From: a virus
Taxonomy: Duplodnaviria; Heunggongvirae; Uroviricota; Caudoviricetes
Virus record (IMG/VR): IMGVR_UViG_3300045988_162656
DNA: 64,000 bases
Reading direction: 5' to 3' (one strand)
The first letter of the stretch is position 1. Every line of letters begins with the position of its first letter. Positions 1 through 7,990 of the stretch are shown in pieces. The translations under genes and the position numbers were made by a program. The notes under the pieces are model-generated. The model had not been told where the DNA came from and ran no database searches. It worked only from the letters and a program-made list of their open reading frames with translations.

Positions 1-94
1 CCTGGATGTGCTCCAGCATATGGCCGAGGTGGATTGAGCCGTTAGCGTACGGCAGCGCGCACGTCACCAGAATTTTCTTCGCGACTTGGGTCAT
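1..94 (-). CDS. metG: methionyl-tRNA synthetase, N-terminal fragment (gene continues beyond window start)
   Basis: Reverse complement of 1-94 translates [31 protein letters not shown], the MetG N-terminus with HIGH-type motif; start codon at 92-94; divergent from mrp as in E. coli. Confidence 0.85.
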
Positions 95-251
95 AGTAGG
101 CATTACTTCTTTGTAGTGAAAAGGGGCTTGATAGTAACAAAATGGCCTTATGTCTGCCATGTGATAACAGCATTTCTCATAAATGATTAAATGTCGTAGC
201 TGGAGTACACTACAAGGCGACAATTGCGCAAATTAAAATAAAGGAGACGGG

Positions 252-1352
252 ATGAGCGAGTCCAAATCGCCGGATGCCCTGAGAGCAATGGTAGCCGGTA
301 CGCTGGCTAATTTTCAGCACCCAACCCTGAAACACAACCTGACTACGCTTAAAGCGTTACACCATGTTGCGTTGATGGATGACACACTGCATGTCGAACT
401 AATCATGCCTTTCGTGTGGAATAAGCCTTTTGAAGACCTGAAAGAGCAATGTAGTGGTGATCTGCTCCGTATCACTGGCGCAAAGGCTATTGACTGGAAG
501 CTGTCGTACAACATTGCCACGCTTAAGCGCGTCAAAAACCAACCAGGCATTAATGGCGTTAAGAACATTATCGCCGTCAGCTCAGGCAAGGGCGGCGTGG
601 GTAAATCCTCCACGGCGGTAAACCTGGCACTGGCGTTGGCTGCTGAAGGTGCGAAAGTTGGTATTTTGGATGCCGATATCTATGGTCCATCAATTCCAAC
701 CATGCTGGGCGCGGAAAACCAACGTCCAACCTCACCTGACGGTACTCACATGGCACCTATCATGTCTCATGGCCTGGCAACCAACTCTATTGGTTATCTG
801 GTCACCGACGACAATGCAATGGTGTGGCGTGGACCGATGGCCAGCAAGGCGCTGATGCAGATGTTGCAGGAAACTCTATGGCCTGATCTGGACTATCTCG
901 TTCTCGATATGCCGCCGGGCACTGGTGATATTCAGTTGACGCTGGCGCAGAACATTCCTGTAACTGGTGCGGTTGTGGTAACTACGCCGCAAGACATCGC
1001 GCTGATCGATGCGAAGAAAGGCATTGTGATGTTCGAAAAAGTCGAAGTGCCGGTACTGGGTATCGTCGAAAACATGAGTGTGCATATTTGCAGTAACTGC
1101 GGTCATCACGAGCCAATTTTTGGCACCGGTGGCGCACAGAAACTGGCCGAGAAATACAACACGCAGTTGTTAGGCCAAATGCCACTTCATATCTCTCTTC
1201 GTGAAGATCTGGATAACGGAACACCAACCGTTATTAGTCGTCCAGATAGCGAATTTACGGCTATTTATCGTGACCTCGCAGATCGCGTTGCTGCCCAAAT
1301 GTATTGGCAAGGTGAAGTAATACCTGGCGAAATCGCATTCCGCGCAGTGTGA
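252..1352 (+). CDS. apbC: Fe-S cluster carrier ATPase Mrp/ApbC
   Basis: 366-aa ORF with Walker A GKGGVGKSS and CxxC motif; near-identical to enterobacterial Mrp as recalled; SD aaggag upstream. Confidence 0.95.
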   Translation: MSESKSPDALRAMVAGTLANFQHPTLKHNLTTLKALHHVALMDDTLHVELIMPFVWNKPFEDLKEQCSGDLLRITGAKAIDWKLSYNIATLKRVKNQPGINGVKNIIAVSSGKGGVGKSSTAVNLALALAAEGAKVGILDADIYGPSIPTMLGAENQRPTSPDGTHMAPIMSHGLATNSIGYLVTDDNAMVWRGPMASKALMQMLQETLWPDLDYLVLDMPPGTGDIQLTLAQNIPVTGAVVVTTPQDIALIDAKKGIVMFEKVEVPVLGIVENMSVHICSNCGHHEPIFGTGGAQKLAEKYNTQLLGQMPLHISLREDLDNGTPTVISRPDSEFTAIYRDLADRVAAQMYWQGEVIPGEIAFRAV

Positions 1353-1357
1353 TAAAA

Positions 1358-1379
1358 AGGCGGTGCATTGCACCGCCTA
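1358..1379 (+). terminator. GC-rich hairpin directly after mrp stop (aggcggtgca / tgcaccgcct); no clear T-tract
   Basis: inverted repeat read directly from sequence. Confidence 0.4.
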
Positions 1380-1389
1380 ATCAGTTCTC

Positions 1390-1779
1390 CTACATCACAG
1401 GACAATCATCAAACTCGCCACTTCTTGCGTCGTTGATAATGTGAGTGATCACACCAAACACGGCATTGCTGCCCGTGCATCCATCGTCATCCTTTGGCAA
1501 TGCTTCCTTCTTACCGGTTCTTAAATCCTCCAGATGCTGACGTGGAGACTTCCGGTATCTTTTTACGCGATATTCCCCATCCAGAGCGCATACAAGCAGA
1601 GAACCATCAACCGGGGTAAGTGAGGAATCAACCACCAGCAATGCACCCTGTAATATTCCCTCACGATGATGACTATCAGCTGCTCTCATGAAGTAGGTCG
1701 CTGAAGGATGTCTAATTATCTGCTGATCAAGAGAAATACGGCTCTCAGCATAATCCGCCGCAGGAGAAGGGAAGCCCAT
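1390..1779 (-). CDS. UmuD-like S24 peptidase-domain protein (orphan, no umuC partner in window)
   Basis: 129 aa; GFPSPAADYAESRISLDQQIIRHPSATYF closely parallels UmuD; Ser and Lys of the catalytic dyad region retained (DSH ... VKRYRK). Confidence 0.6.
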   Translation of the reverse strand: MGFPSPAADYAESRISLDQQIIRHPSATYFMRAADSHHREGILQGALLVVDSSLTPVDGSLLVCALDGEYRVKRYRKSPRQHLEDLRTGKKEALPKDDDGCTGSNAVFGVITHIINDARSGEFDDCPVM

Positions 1780-1794
1780 AGCGTTTTGCCCTCA

Positions 1795-1814
1795 ATACTG
1801 TTCATTTACACAGT
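1795..1814 (-). promoter_or_regulatory. LexA (SOS) box upstream of the UmuD-like gene
   Basis: tactgttcatttacacagta fits CTGT-N8-ACAG with flanking TA; lies 16-35 nt upstream of the ORF start. Confidence 0.55.
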
Positions 1815-1951
1815 ATACATGAAAGAAGCTCACTCAGTGCAACTGATCGGTACATAGCACCAGACAAAGGAACGTTATTTTCTCGAACAAGAAAAGGTAG
1901 AAAACAAATTGTTTAAGGCCACAACTAGTGGCCTTAATGGAGAAGGGATGC

Positions 1952-2515
1952 TTATTGGCTATGGCTAAAAATCAAATGAGACACTTCATTTGGTTGTAGC
2001 TCGTCAAGATCCGGGGCCACAAAACCTTTTCCGAAAGACTTCACAAGTGATTCACCAGCCGCATCATTGTCACCTATTACGCGAAAGTCATACGGCAGCA
2101 TTGCCAGTTGACGACGTAATCCTGCTGAGAAAGTCGAACCTAACAGCGCCCACGAATTTCCGCCCGCGTTGTGCACTGCTGCACTTTTAAAAATCGACTC
2201 AGTTATCCATATCGGTCCATCTTTTAAAGGAAGATAGGTTCCCCATAGTAGCTGTCTGCCGTGCGCTCGTGTGAAATACCGGGCCATCTTCGGATTGCTA
2301 TGCTGCTTAGGAGCGCCTGGTCTGTATGTCTGATACCCGGCCAACATCCCATCAAACCTGTATAGAGGGAATGTAACAACTCCTTCGCTTTCATCGATCC
2401 ACTGTCTATATGGATGCACATCATAGCGGTAGTTACGAGTTAGCAAATGAGCTTCCAGCTTTCCAAATTTAGTCATAACTTCGCATCCCTCATAACACTT
2501 CCCATTTATCACCAT
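1952..2515 (-). CDS. hypothetical protein, possible TOPRIM-like acidic motif (VIGDNDAAGE)
   Basis: 187-aa ORF in the co-directional operon; motif call is by eye only. Confidence 0.4.
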   Translation of the reverse strand: MVINGKCYEGCEVMTKFGKLEAHLLTRNYRYDVHPYRQWIDESEGVVTFPLYRFDGMLAGYQTYRPGAPKQHSNPKMARYFTRAHGRQLLWGTYLPLKDGPIWITESIFKSAAVHNAGGNSWALLGSTFSAGLRRQLAMLPYDFRVIGDNDAAGESLVKSFGKGFVAPDLDELQPNEVSHLIFSHSQ

Positions 2516-3344
2516 ATTTCTCCATAGCTCTTAGCCAATAAACATGGCCACTAGGCATAGTGATGTGAGGCTCGCCAAACTCTTCTCCATGTACATCAAA
2601 GATGTCCCCAACAGAAAATTGGGGGATTTCTGTTCCGTTTTCACCTATATGTGTAATTCGTATACGTTTCGGTTGGGATTGTCCACCTTTGAGCGAGTTG
2701 TTCACTGCTCTGGCAATTTTCTCCCGCAATTGCTGCGTTCCGTGATACGTAACCGCAATATCCCGCAACTCATTCACTAGTTCTCGAATTTGGTGATCTT
2801 TAAGCTCATTATTTGGGTGATTGGTAACAACTCTGGTTAATTCCCCATTGTCTTTTGCTCTTACGTATGCAGCTCTTGTGCATTCGCCCCATGTATTACC
2901 GCCTACATTAACTTCGTAGATTAGGCTGGACTTATCTGTCAATTCGGAACAAATACGGGCCGTGGTCTGGCAACTAGAGCATTCGCAGTTATCGCGGAAA
3001 CCGTGGTCTACTGGCTTCGGTTTAACATCATCAACTTTTTCTACCCTATTGGAATTTAAATACTTCGAAGCCTTGCTATGCCAATCGCTGGTTTTAGGAT
3101 CTTGTCCATCCATCAAACGCCAGGCTTCAGCTATTAACTCATAACTAGTGACTGTAGCTTCCTGCGCATCACCAATAAGTCGTGTAATCTCTCTTTCAAG
3201 CCGACCGCCTAACTCCGTTTTAGTGCAATGTTCTGACCAATCGCCAGTCTCAAGAAGCGCGAGAATGCTTAAAATATCGTCCAATAGAACGGTAGTATTA
3301 TCGACTTCCTTCTGAAACTCACCGGCTACTGATTTATGCATCAT
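2490..3344 (-). CDS. hypothetical protein
   Basis: 284-aa ORF, co-directional with neighbours. Confidence 0.45.
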   Translation of the reverse strand: MMHKSVAGEFQKEVDNTTVLLDDILSILALLETGDWSEHCTKTELGGRLEREITRLIGDAQEATVTSYELIAEAWRLMDGQDPKTSDWHSKASKYLNSNRVEKVDDVKPKPVDHGFRDNCECSSCQTTARICSELTDKSSLIYEVNVGGNTWGECTRAAYVRAKDNGELTRVVTNHPNNELKDHQIRELVNELRDIAVTYHGTQQLREKIARAVNNSLKGGQSQPKRIRITHIGENGTEIPQFSVGDIFDVHGEEFGEPHITMPSGHVYWLRAMEKYGDKWEVL

Positions 3345-3568
3345 TCGTCATCCTCATCCGAGTCATCCTCATCACAGGATGAGAGTAGTGGGTTAGTCAT
3401 TCGCCCTACTTGAGTGGCGTAGCCACGCCGACAGAGATTGCGCAGCACACTGTATATTTCGAACATCTCGGTTCGTTCATCGCCAACATCAAGCTCAGAT
3501 GCTATAGCGTGGCATTCAGTCGCGAGAGCCGATATTTTCTGAAATAACTCTGCTTTATTCACTCTTCG
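3341..3568 (-). CDS. small hypothetical protein with acidic C-terminal tail (DEDDSDEDDE), probable GTG start
   Basis: ORF 3341-3622 overlaps upstream gene; in-frame GTG at 3566-3568 preceded by aggag overlaps the upstream stop. Confidence 0.3.
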   Translation of the reverse strand, partial: RRVNKAELFQKISALATECHAIASELDVGDERTEMFEIYSVLRNLCRRGYATQVGRMTNPLLSSCDEDDSDEDDE

Positions 3569-4130
3569 ACTCCTGCGGAGGTTCTGGTAGCGGCATCCAG
3601 TGAGTTGCTTGCTCAATACCATTACCCGGCTTAATCGTTACATCTCCGCGCCGAAAGGTGATTCCGGTATAGCGTGCGGAGCATATTAGCGGTTCAACCA
3701 GAGAGCTATCGAAATTCACCGAAATAAGCACGTTCTGGCCCTTTTCAGGCATTCGCTCACTACAGCTTATCCAACCATCCGGAGTTACCGGATGGGGTCC
3801 AGCGAACTCGGGAATGTCAGGACCTTTTCTGATAGCTTTAGCCAGATCCAGCGGGTCATCGTAAAGCCAGTCGCCAGTTTGTGGGTGATTTGCTTCTGCA
3901 AGCTGCGCAGCCCATTCAAGACCATCTTTTTGACCTTGGAGATAATCAAGCGGCAACTCTTCATGATTACTTGCAGGTTCTGCACTATCAGCTTCGCGCC
4001 GCTTCTGTAGCTCTGCTGCCATCGCTCTCACGACTTCAACTGGTGCCCTTGCAGCAAACTCTATGTTGGTGATCAGCTCATTAAGATATTGCTCGCCTGG
4101 ATACTGTTTCTTATCGGTTATAGTGGTCAT
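3555..4130 (-). CDS. hypothetical protein, C-terminal DUF551-like region (GWISCSERMPE...VLIS)
   Basis: ORF trimmed to internal start MTTITDKK directly after upstream stop; domain call by recollection. Confidence 0.4.
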   Translation of the reverse strand: MTTITDKKQYPGEQYLNELITNIEFAARAPVEVVRAMAAELQKRREADSAEPASNHEELPLDYLQGQKDGLEWAAQLAEANHPQTGDWLYDDPLDLAKAIRKGPDIPEFAGPHPVTPDGWISCSERMPEKGQNVLISVNFDSSLVEPLICSARYTGITFRRGDVTIKPGNGIEQATHWMPLPEPPQESKSE

Positions 4131-4131
4131 A

Positions 4132-4518
4132 TCACTCTCCTTTTCCCTGAAGCATAGCAGCGCGGCAGGCATTCCAGCCTCTCACCTCTGCAATAGCGGC
4201 AACAGCATCAACCGCGTACATGCTAAGAGGATTAGGCATTGGTTTTTCTTCCGGTACTACTGGAACGGGTGGAGCGGCGTAGACCTCAATAATTCCATTA
4301 TCAATAGGCCATTCTCCATCCTTGAGGTAGTCACTTGTGCCGTCAACTTGCTGTTCTGCAATGTGGAATGCACCTATTGGTTTTGCTTCCAGCGATGCCA
4401 GAGCAATTCGTGCCAGTTCTTCCGCTTCTTCTGCTGGCAGTACAACGTTGCTACCAGGTCCGTATGTTTCGCGCCACTGTTTGATTGTCAGTAGTCGCTC
4501 TTTGGTAATAGTGGTCAT
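4132..4518 (-). CDS. hypothetical protein
   Basis: 128 aa, begins MTTITKE, ends GKGE with stop abutting next start. Confidence 0.45.
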   Translation of the reverse strand: MTTITKERLLTIKQWRETYGPGSNVVLPAEEAEELARIALASLEAKPIGAFHIAEQQVDGTSDYLKDGEWPIDNGIIEVYAAPPVPVVPEEKPMPNPLSMYAVDAVAAIAEVRGWNACRAAMLQGKGE

Positions 4519-4528
4519 GTGTTACTCC

Positions 4529-4792
4529 TTAACCCGCAGTGCTTTCAACTGATGAGGGGAACAAAATCTTTTCATCAAACCCTGCATTCATATCATGAAC
4601 AGCAACACACCAATCCATCGACGAACGATTATCAAGAGCCTCCATGATTTCATCCATGCAGCGCAGGTCATACAGGTAAATGCTTTTATCGCCAATGGTG
4701 TAAAAACCAATTTTTTTCGGTGATGGGCAGCGATCAAGAACGTCCTGTAATTCGTTCAACCATGCCCGTTCTTTTTTTGTTAAAGTTGCCAT
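4529..4792 (-). CDS. hypothetical protein
   Basis: start MATLTKKE at 4790-4792 preceded by aaaggagag RBS. Confidence 0.45.
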   Translation of the reverse strand: MATLTKKERAWLNELQDVLDRCPSPKKIGFYTIGDKSIYLYDLRCMDEIMEALDNRSSMDWCVAVHDMNAGFDEKILFPSSVESTAG

Positions 4793-4793
4793 A

Positions 4794-5315
4794 TCACTCT
4801 CCTTTGATGCGAATGCCTGTTGCAATGCTGTTTATGATGCTGTCAGTGCATGGAGTAGAAAGCTGGGCATCTCCAGCAATTTTCATGACCTCAACATCCG
4901 CATATCGAATACCGAGGTGTATCAGACCGGCTATACCTGACTTAAGTCGAACATTTTCCATAAACAGATCTTTTTCCCGCTGTTTAGCGGCTTCCAACTC
5001 CATCGACAATTTTTCCAACTGCTCTTTATGCTTCTTGTATTCCTGATACGCGTGCCAAGACTGACCTTTGCGCACACTATCAGTGATATCAGCAACCTGC
5101 TCCGGTGTTAGCGTGGTCAGTGGCTGTGCTGGAAAAATCATCACTTTCCCGGCATCCCAATCAAAACCCGCCTGAATTGACTGAACCTCAACTGATGGTG
5201 TTGAACCGATGCGACCAGGCGAATGAACAACGATCGTTACATCCATATCGCGACGATGGCTGTGGTTGTTGGACAAAATACGATTCACCAACTCAGAAAA
5301 TTTGGAAAATTTCAT
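4794..5315 (-). CDS. hypothetical protein
   Basis: ORF trimmed to MKFSKF start overlapping upstream stop (ATGA); ends GIRIKGE. Confidence 0.45.
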   Translation of the reverse strand: MKFSKFSELVNRILSNNHSHRRDMDVTIVVHSPGRIGSTPSVEVQSIQAGFDWDAGKVMIFPAQPLTTLTPEQVADITDSVRKGQSWHAYQEYKKHKEQLEKLSMELEAAKQREKDLFMENVRLKSGIAGLIHLGIRYADVEVMKIAGDAQLSTPCTDSIINSIATGIRIKGE

Positions 5316-5635
5316 GCTGATCCCTCTTTCTCTCCCCGGATAATTCTGTTGCACACATCCACACACTCGTCGCAGATGAAAACGGCGTCCCCAGCAATTA
5401 ACTTTTTGACGGCGTACTGGGATTTGTTGCAGAAGCTGCAACAAAGTGTTCGCCTGACTGATAAGGATGGAGCGCCAGATGTCAGCCGCTCCATATCGTT
5501 CTTGCGACGCAATATCACACGGCTGAACTCAACCAGTTTCTCCGGGGATATCTCCTCCTCCGTAGCAAGCGCCTCTAATCGTTCGAGTATGTGGAAGGCT
5601 TTTTTCTGGGTAATTGCAGAATGCGATGTGGTCAT
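5312..5635 (-). CDS. small protein with C-terminal ClpX-type C4 zinc-binding domain (no AAA+ module)
   Basis: C-terminus [40 protein letters not shown] closely parallels the ClpX N-domain ([39 protein letters not shown]); start MTTSHS coupled to upstream gene. Confidence 0.6.
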   Translation of the reverse strand: MTTSHSAITQKKAFHILERLEALATEEEISPEKLVEFSRVILRRKNDMERLTSGAPSLSVRRTLCCSFCNKSQYAVKKLIAGDAVFICDECVDVCNRIIRGEKEGSA

Positions 5636-5636
5636 C

Positions 5637-6167
5637 TCACTCTCCTTTGATGCGAATGCCAGCGGCGCGGGAATCATTCCATCGCTTTACTTCTTCACGA
5701 ATTACGTCAATGCATTCTTTCGAATCCATTAGGTAATCTTCATCAAAAAGACGTTCCTGTTCGTTTTCTATCGCAACAATGATTGCTTCAACTAACTTTT
5801 GTGCCTGAGAATCACTTTCTAACTCTGCTATGCGCTTACTTCCATCCGAGATAACGCCCTCGTAATACTCACGCTGCTCGTTGAGTTTTGATTTTGCCAA
5901 CTCCAGTTGTTTTGTTAGTTCCGCAATACGGCAAACATCGTTGATACGCGTTTCCTCTAATGCGTTGATCTCATCCAGTAGTGCCAGCACGGTTTCTGGT
6001 CCGGCCAGAAATTTGAAGGCGTTGAGGGCATCAATATCAACACCGCTATCTTTAAGTTCCTGTTCACTTAACAAGTCATCATCAGCTGGCAACATTAACA
6101 GGCGTTCCATTGCTGGAATTGCACGTTCCGCCACCTCACGCAGTGCCTGGTAATTAATTTCGCTCAC
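5637..6167 (-). CDS. hypothetical coiled-coil protein
   Basis: 176 aa, ends GIRIKGE; ATGA overlap with upstream gene. Confidence 0.45.
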   Translation of the reverse strand: MSEINYQALREVAERAIPAMERLLMLPADDDLLSEQELKDSGVDIDALNAFKFLAGPETVLALLDEINALEETRINDVCRIAELTKQLELAKSKLNEQREYYEGVISDGSKRIAELESDSQAQKLVEAIIVAIENEQERLFDEDYLMDSKECIDVIREEVKRWNDSRAAGIRIKGE

Positions 6168-6706
6168 TGGTTGCCTCCTTTGCGAAGCTGGGCAGCAAAG
6201 TCAACTAACCACTCAGTCATTTCAACCTTCCCTACCAGGTCTGAACCAGGGTGCATACAGCAATCACTCTGCGCCGCTTTGAAATCCTTATACTCATATT
6301 CTTGGGCCACCAGATTTTTTGCAGCTTCTATAGCAGCATCCACCCCCTGCGCACGTACTTCAGCCAGAAAAGCATCGGTGGCTGGAGTCTCCGTTAATTC
6401 GCTAACCCAATTATCTCCGTGTTCCTCGGCACACATCGCATCGAATGCTCGCTCAGATTCTTTCAGGGCTGCATTCTCCGCCGCTAATGCGTCTCTCTGC
6501 GCCCGCAACTTCTCAATTTCGGCAGCCATGTAGTAACCAACCATAGCGAAGACGGCAAAAGAGTTGTCTGCCTCATCAGGCGACACTGAGGCCATTAGCA
6601 GACCATCGTAATAATCGTGACTCCCATTGGTGATCGCCACCGCATAGGAGTCGTGGTTCTCACGCTTGTGAATGAGAACTACGGGGTTTTCGATTTTGTT
6701 ACTCAT
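6164..6706 (-). CDS. hypothetical protein
   Basis: 180-aa ORF with the conserved aaaaacacatg initiation region. Confidence 0.45.
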   Translation of the reverse strand: MSNKIENPVVLIHKRENHDSYAVAITNGSHDYYDGLLMASVSPDEADNSFAVFAMVGYYMAAEIEKLRAQRDALAAENAALKESERAFDAMCAEEHGDNWVSELTETPATDAFLAEVRAQGVDAAIEAAKNLVAQEYEYKDFKAAQSDCCMHPGSDLVGKVEMTEWLVDFAAQLRKGGNQ

Positions 6707-6844
6707 GTGTTTTTCTCTTCTTTGCTGTTACATAAGCACTACCAAGTGCTGGTTTATTTTCACAAATAAGAAAATGTAGAAAACAATTTATTTAAGGCCA
6801 CAACTTATGGCCTTTATTTATTCATGCCGAAGGATTTGTAGCGT

Positions 6845-7225
6845 CTAATTGCCGTATAAAATGGGGTGAGGTGCTTGCCAGTAGGCTCCACCGGTCCATG
6901 TGAACCCCATGCGAATAAGAGTGTTTATTGCGGCTTTGGTAGACTCCGATTCGACACTGGCTTTACGAAACTCTTGAACCTCTTTCGCCAACCTGTATGT
7001 AATTGTGCAGGGGACGATTGCAGCCCAGCCTTTCTCATGACTGTTAATGACCATCTGGATGTGACCATCCAGAATAGGTTGATTAGACATGTTATTGAAA
7101 ATGTCTGCCTGTTTTTGAATGTGAAGAAAAAGCCTTGCCAGCTCCATTTGCTCACTACGAGACAAGGGATTATCAAGAGGGCTTTTTGCAAAAGCGGCTA
7201 TACGCTGTGCGTCAATGCCAAACAT
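6845..7225 (-). CDS. hypothetical protein
   Basis: 126-aa ORF; stop overlaps start of upstream gene region. Confidence 0.4.
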   Translation of the reverse strand: MFGIDAQRIAAFAKSPLDNPLSRSEQMELARLFLHIQKQADIFNNMSNQPILDGHIQMVINSHEKGWAAIVPCTITYRLAKEVQEFRKASVESESTKAAINTLIRMGFTWTGGAYWQAPHPILYGN

Positions 7226-7929
7226 CAGCGCACCTCACCATCTTTATGGCTGGAGTTAACTTCCGCCATTAAATGTCTGACGTAATCGACAAGAGAGCCA
7301 CCTGGTGGAATCTGGCATTCCTCAACTAACTGGAAGTAGATATCCGCAGCATTACGTGTATTGCTACCCGCGCATATTCTTTCTTCCCGAAGTGCATGAA
7401 GCTCGTTGATCAAACGGTCACACTCTCCGTTACGCTGATCCACAACAGCCTCAAGTTCTGCGACGCGTTCACCTGGCGTCTTACCTTCTTCGCGTTGGAT
7501 GGTAACGACGAAATCGCCAATTGCAGGGACGTTGTAATCCAGCTCAAGGTAGTTTTTGGCACCGCTGCGGACGAACTCACCCGCGAACATGGTGGCGAAC
7601 ATCTCAGAGGCCATTGTGCTGTTGAAAAGTGACTCCAGATCTAACGGAGTCCCGGCAGCCAGAGCCTCTTTTGCTGTATCCATTGTATCCATGAACCGAT
7701 CAAACTCATTAGCGCGCTTTTCCAGGTCTTTCCATTGCTCGCTCCAACGTTTGGCAATGAAGTCTATGAATGTTTTCGCGGATTCATCAAAATCCCCCTC
7801 AAACTTAACGATGCCTTTATCAATAATGATCTGGCCTACCGCATCCTCTGCATAACCTTTCAATGTAAACTTGAAAGGAAAATCAGAATGGCCTGTGACG
7901 TTAAAATGCTCTAACTGGAGGTTGTTCAT
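7225..7929 (-). CDS. hypothetical protein
   Basis: 234-aa ORF, first gene after a promoter-like palindrome at 7964-7984. Confidence 0.45.
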   Translation of the reverse strand: MNNLQLEHFNVTGHSDFPFKFTLKGYAEDAVGQIIIDKGIVKFEGDFDESAKTFIDFIAKRWSEQWKDLEKRANEFDRFMDTMDTAKEALAAGTPLDLESLFNSTMASEMFATMFAGEFVRSGAKNYLELDYNVPAIGDFVVTIQREEGKTPGERVAELEAVVDQRNGECDRLINELHALREERICAGSNTRNAADIYFQLVEECQIPPGGSLVDYVRHLMAEVNSSHKDGEVR

Positions 7930-7990
7930 ATGTTTTTCTCTTATCGTTTAGTTATTACATTCTTACACAAATTAAGTAAGTATTTACCTA

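Noticed and set aside
314-1373. Antisense or alternative-frame ORFs inside mrp (314-613, 649-855, 876-1109, 982-1227, 1170-1373)
   Set aside because: Fully contained within a well-supported conserved gene; typical spurious ORFs.
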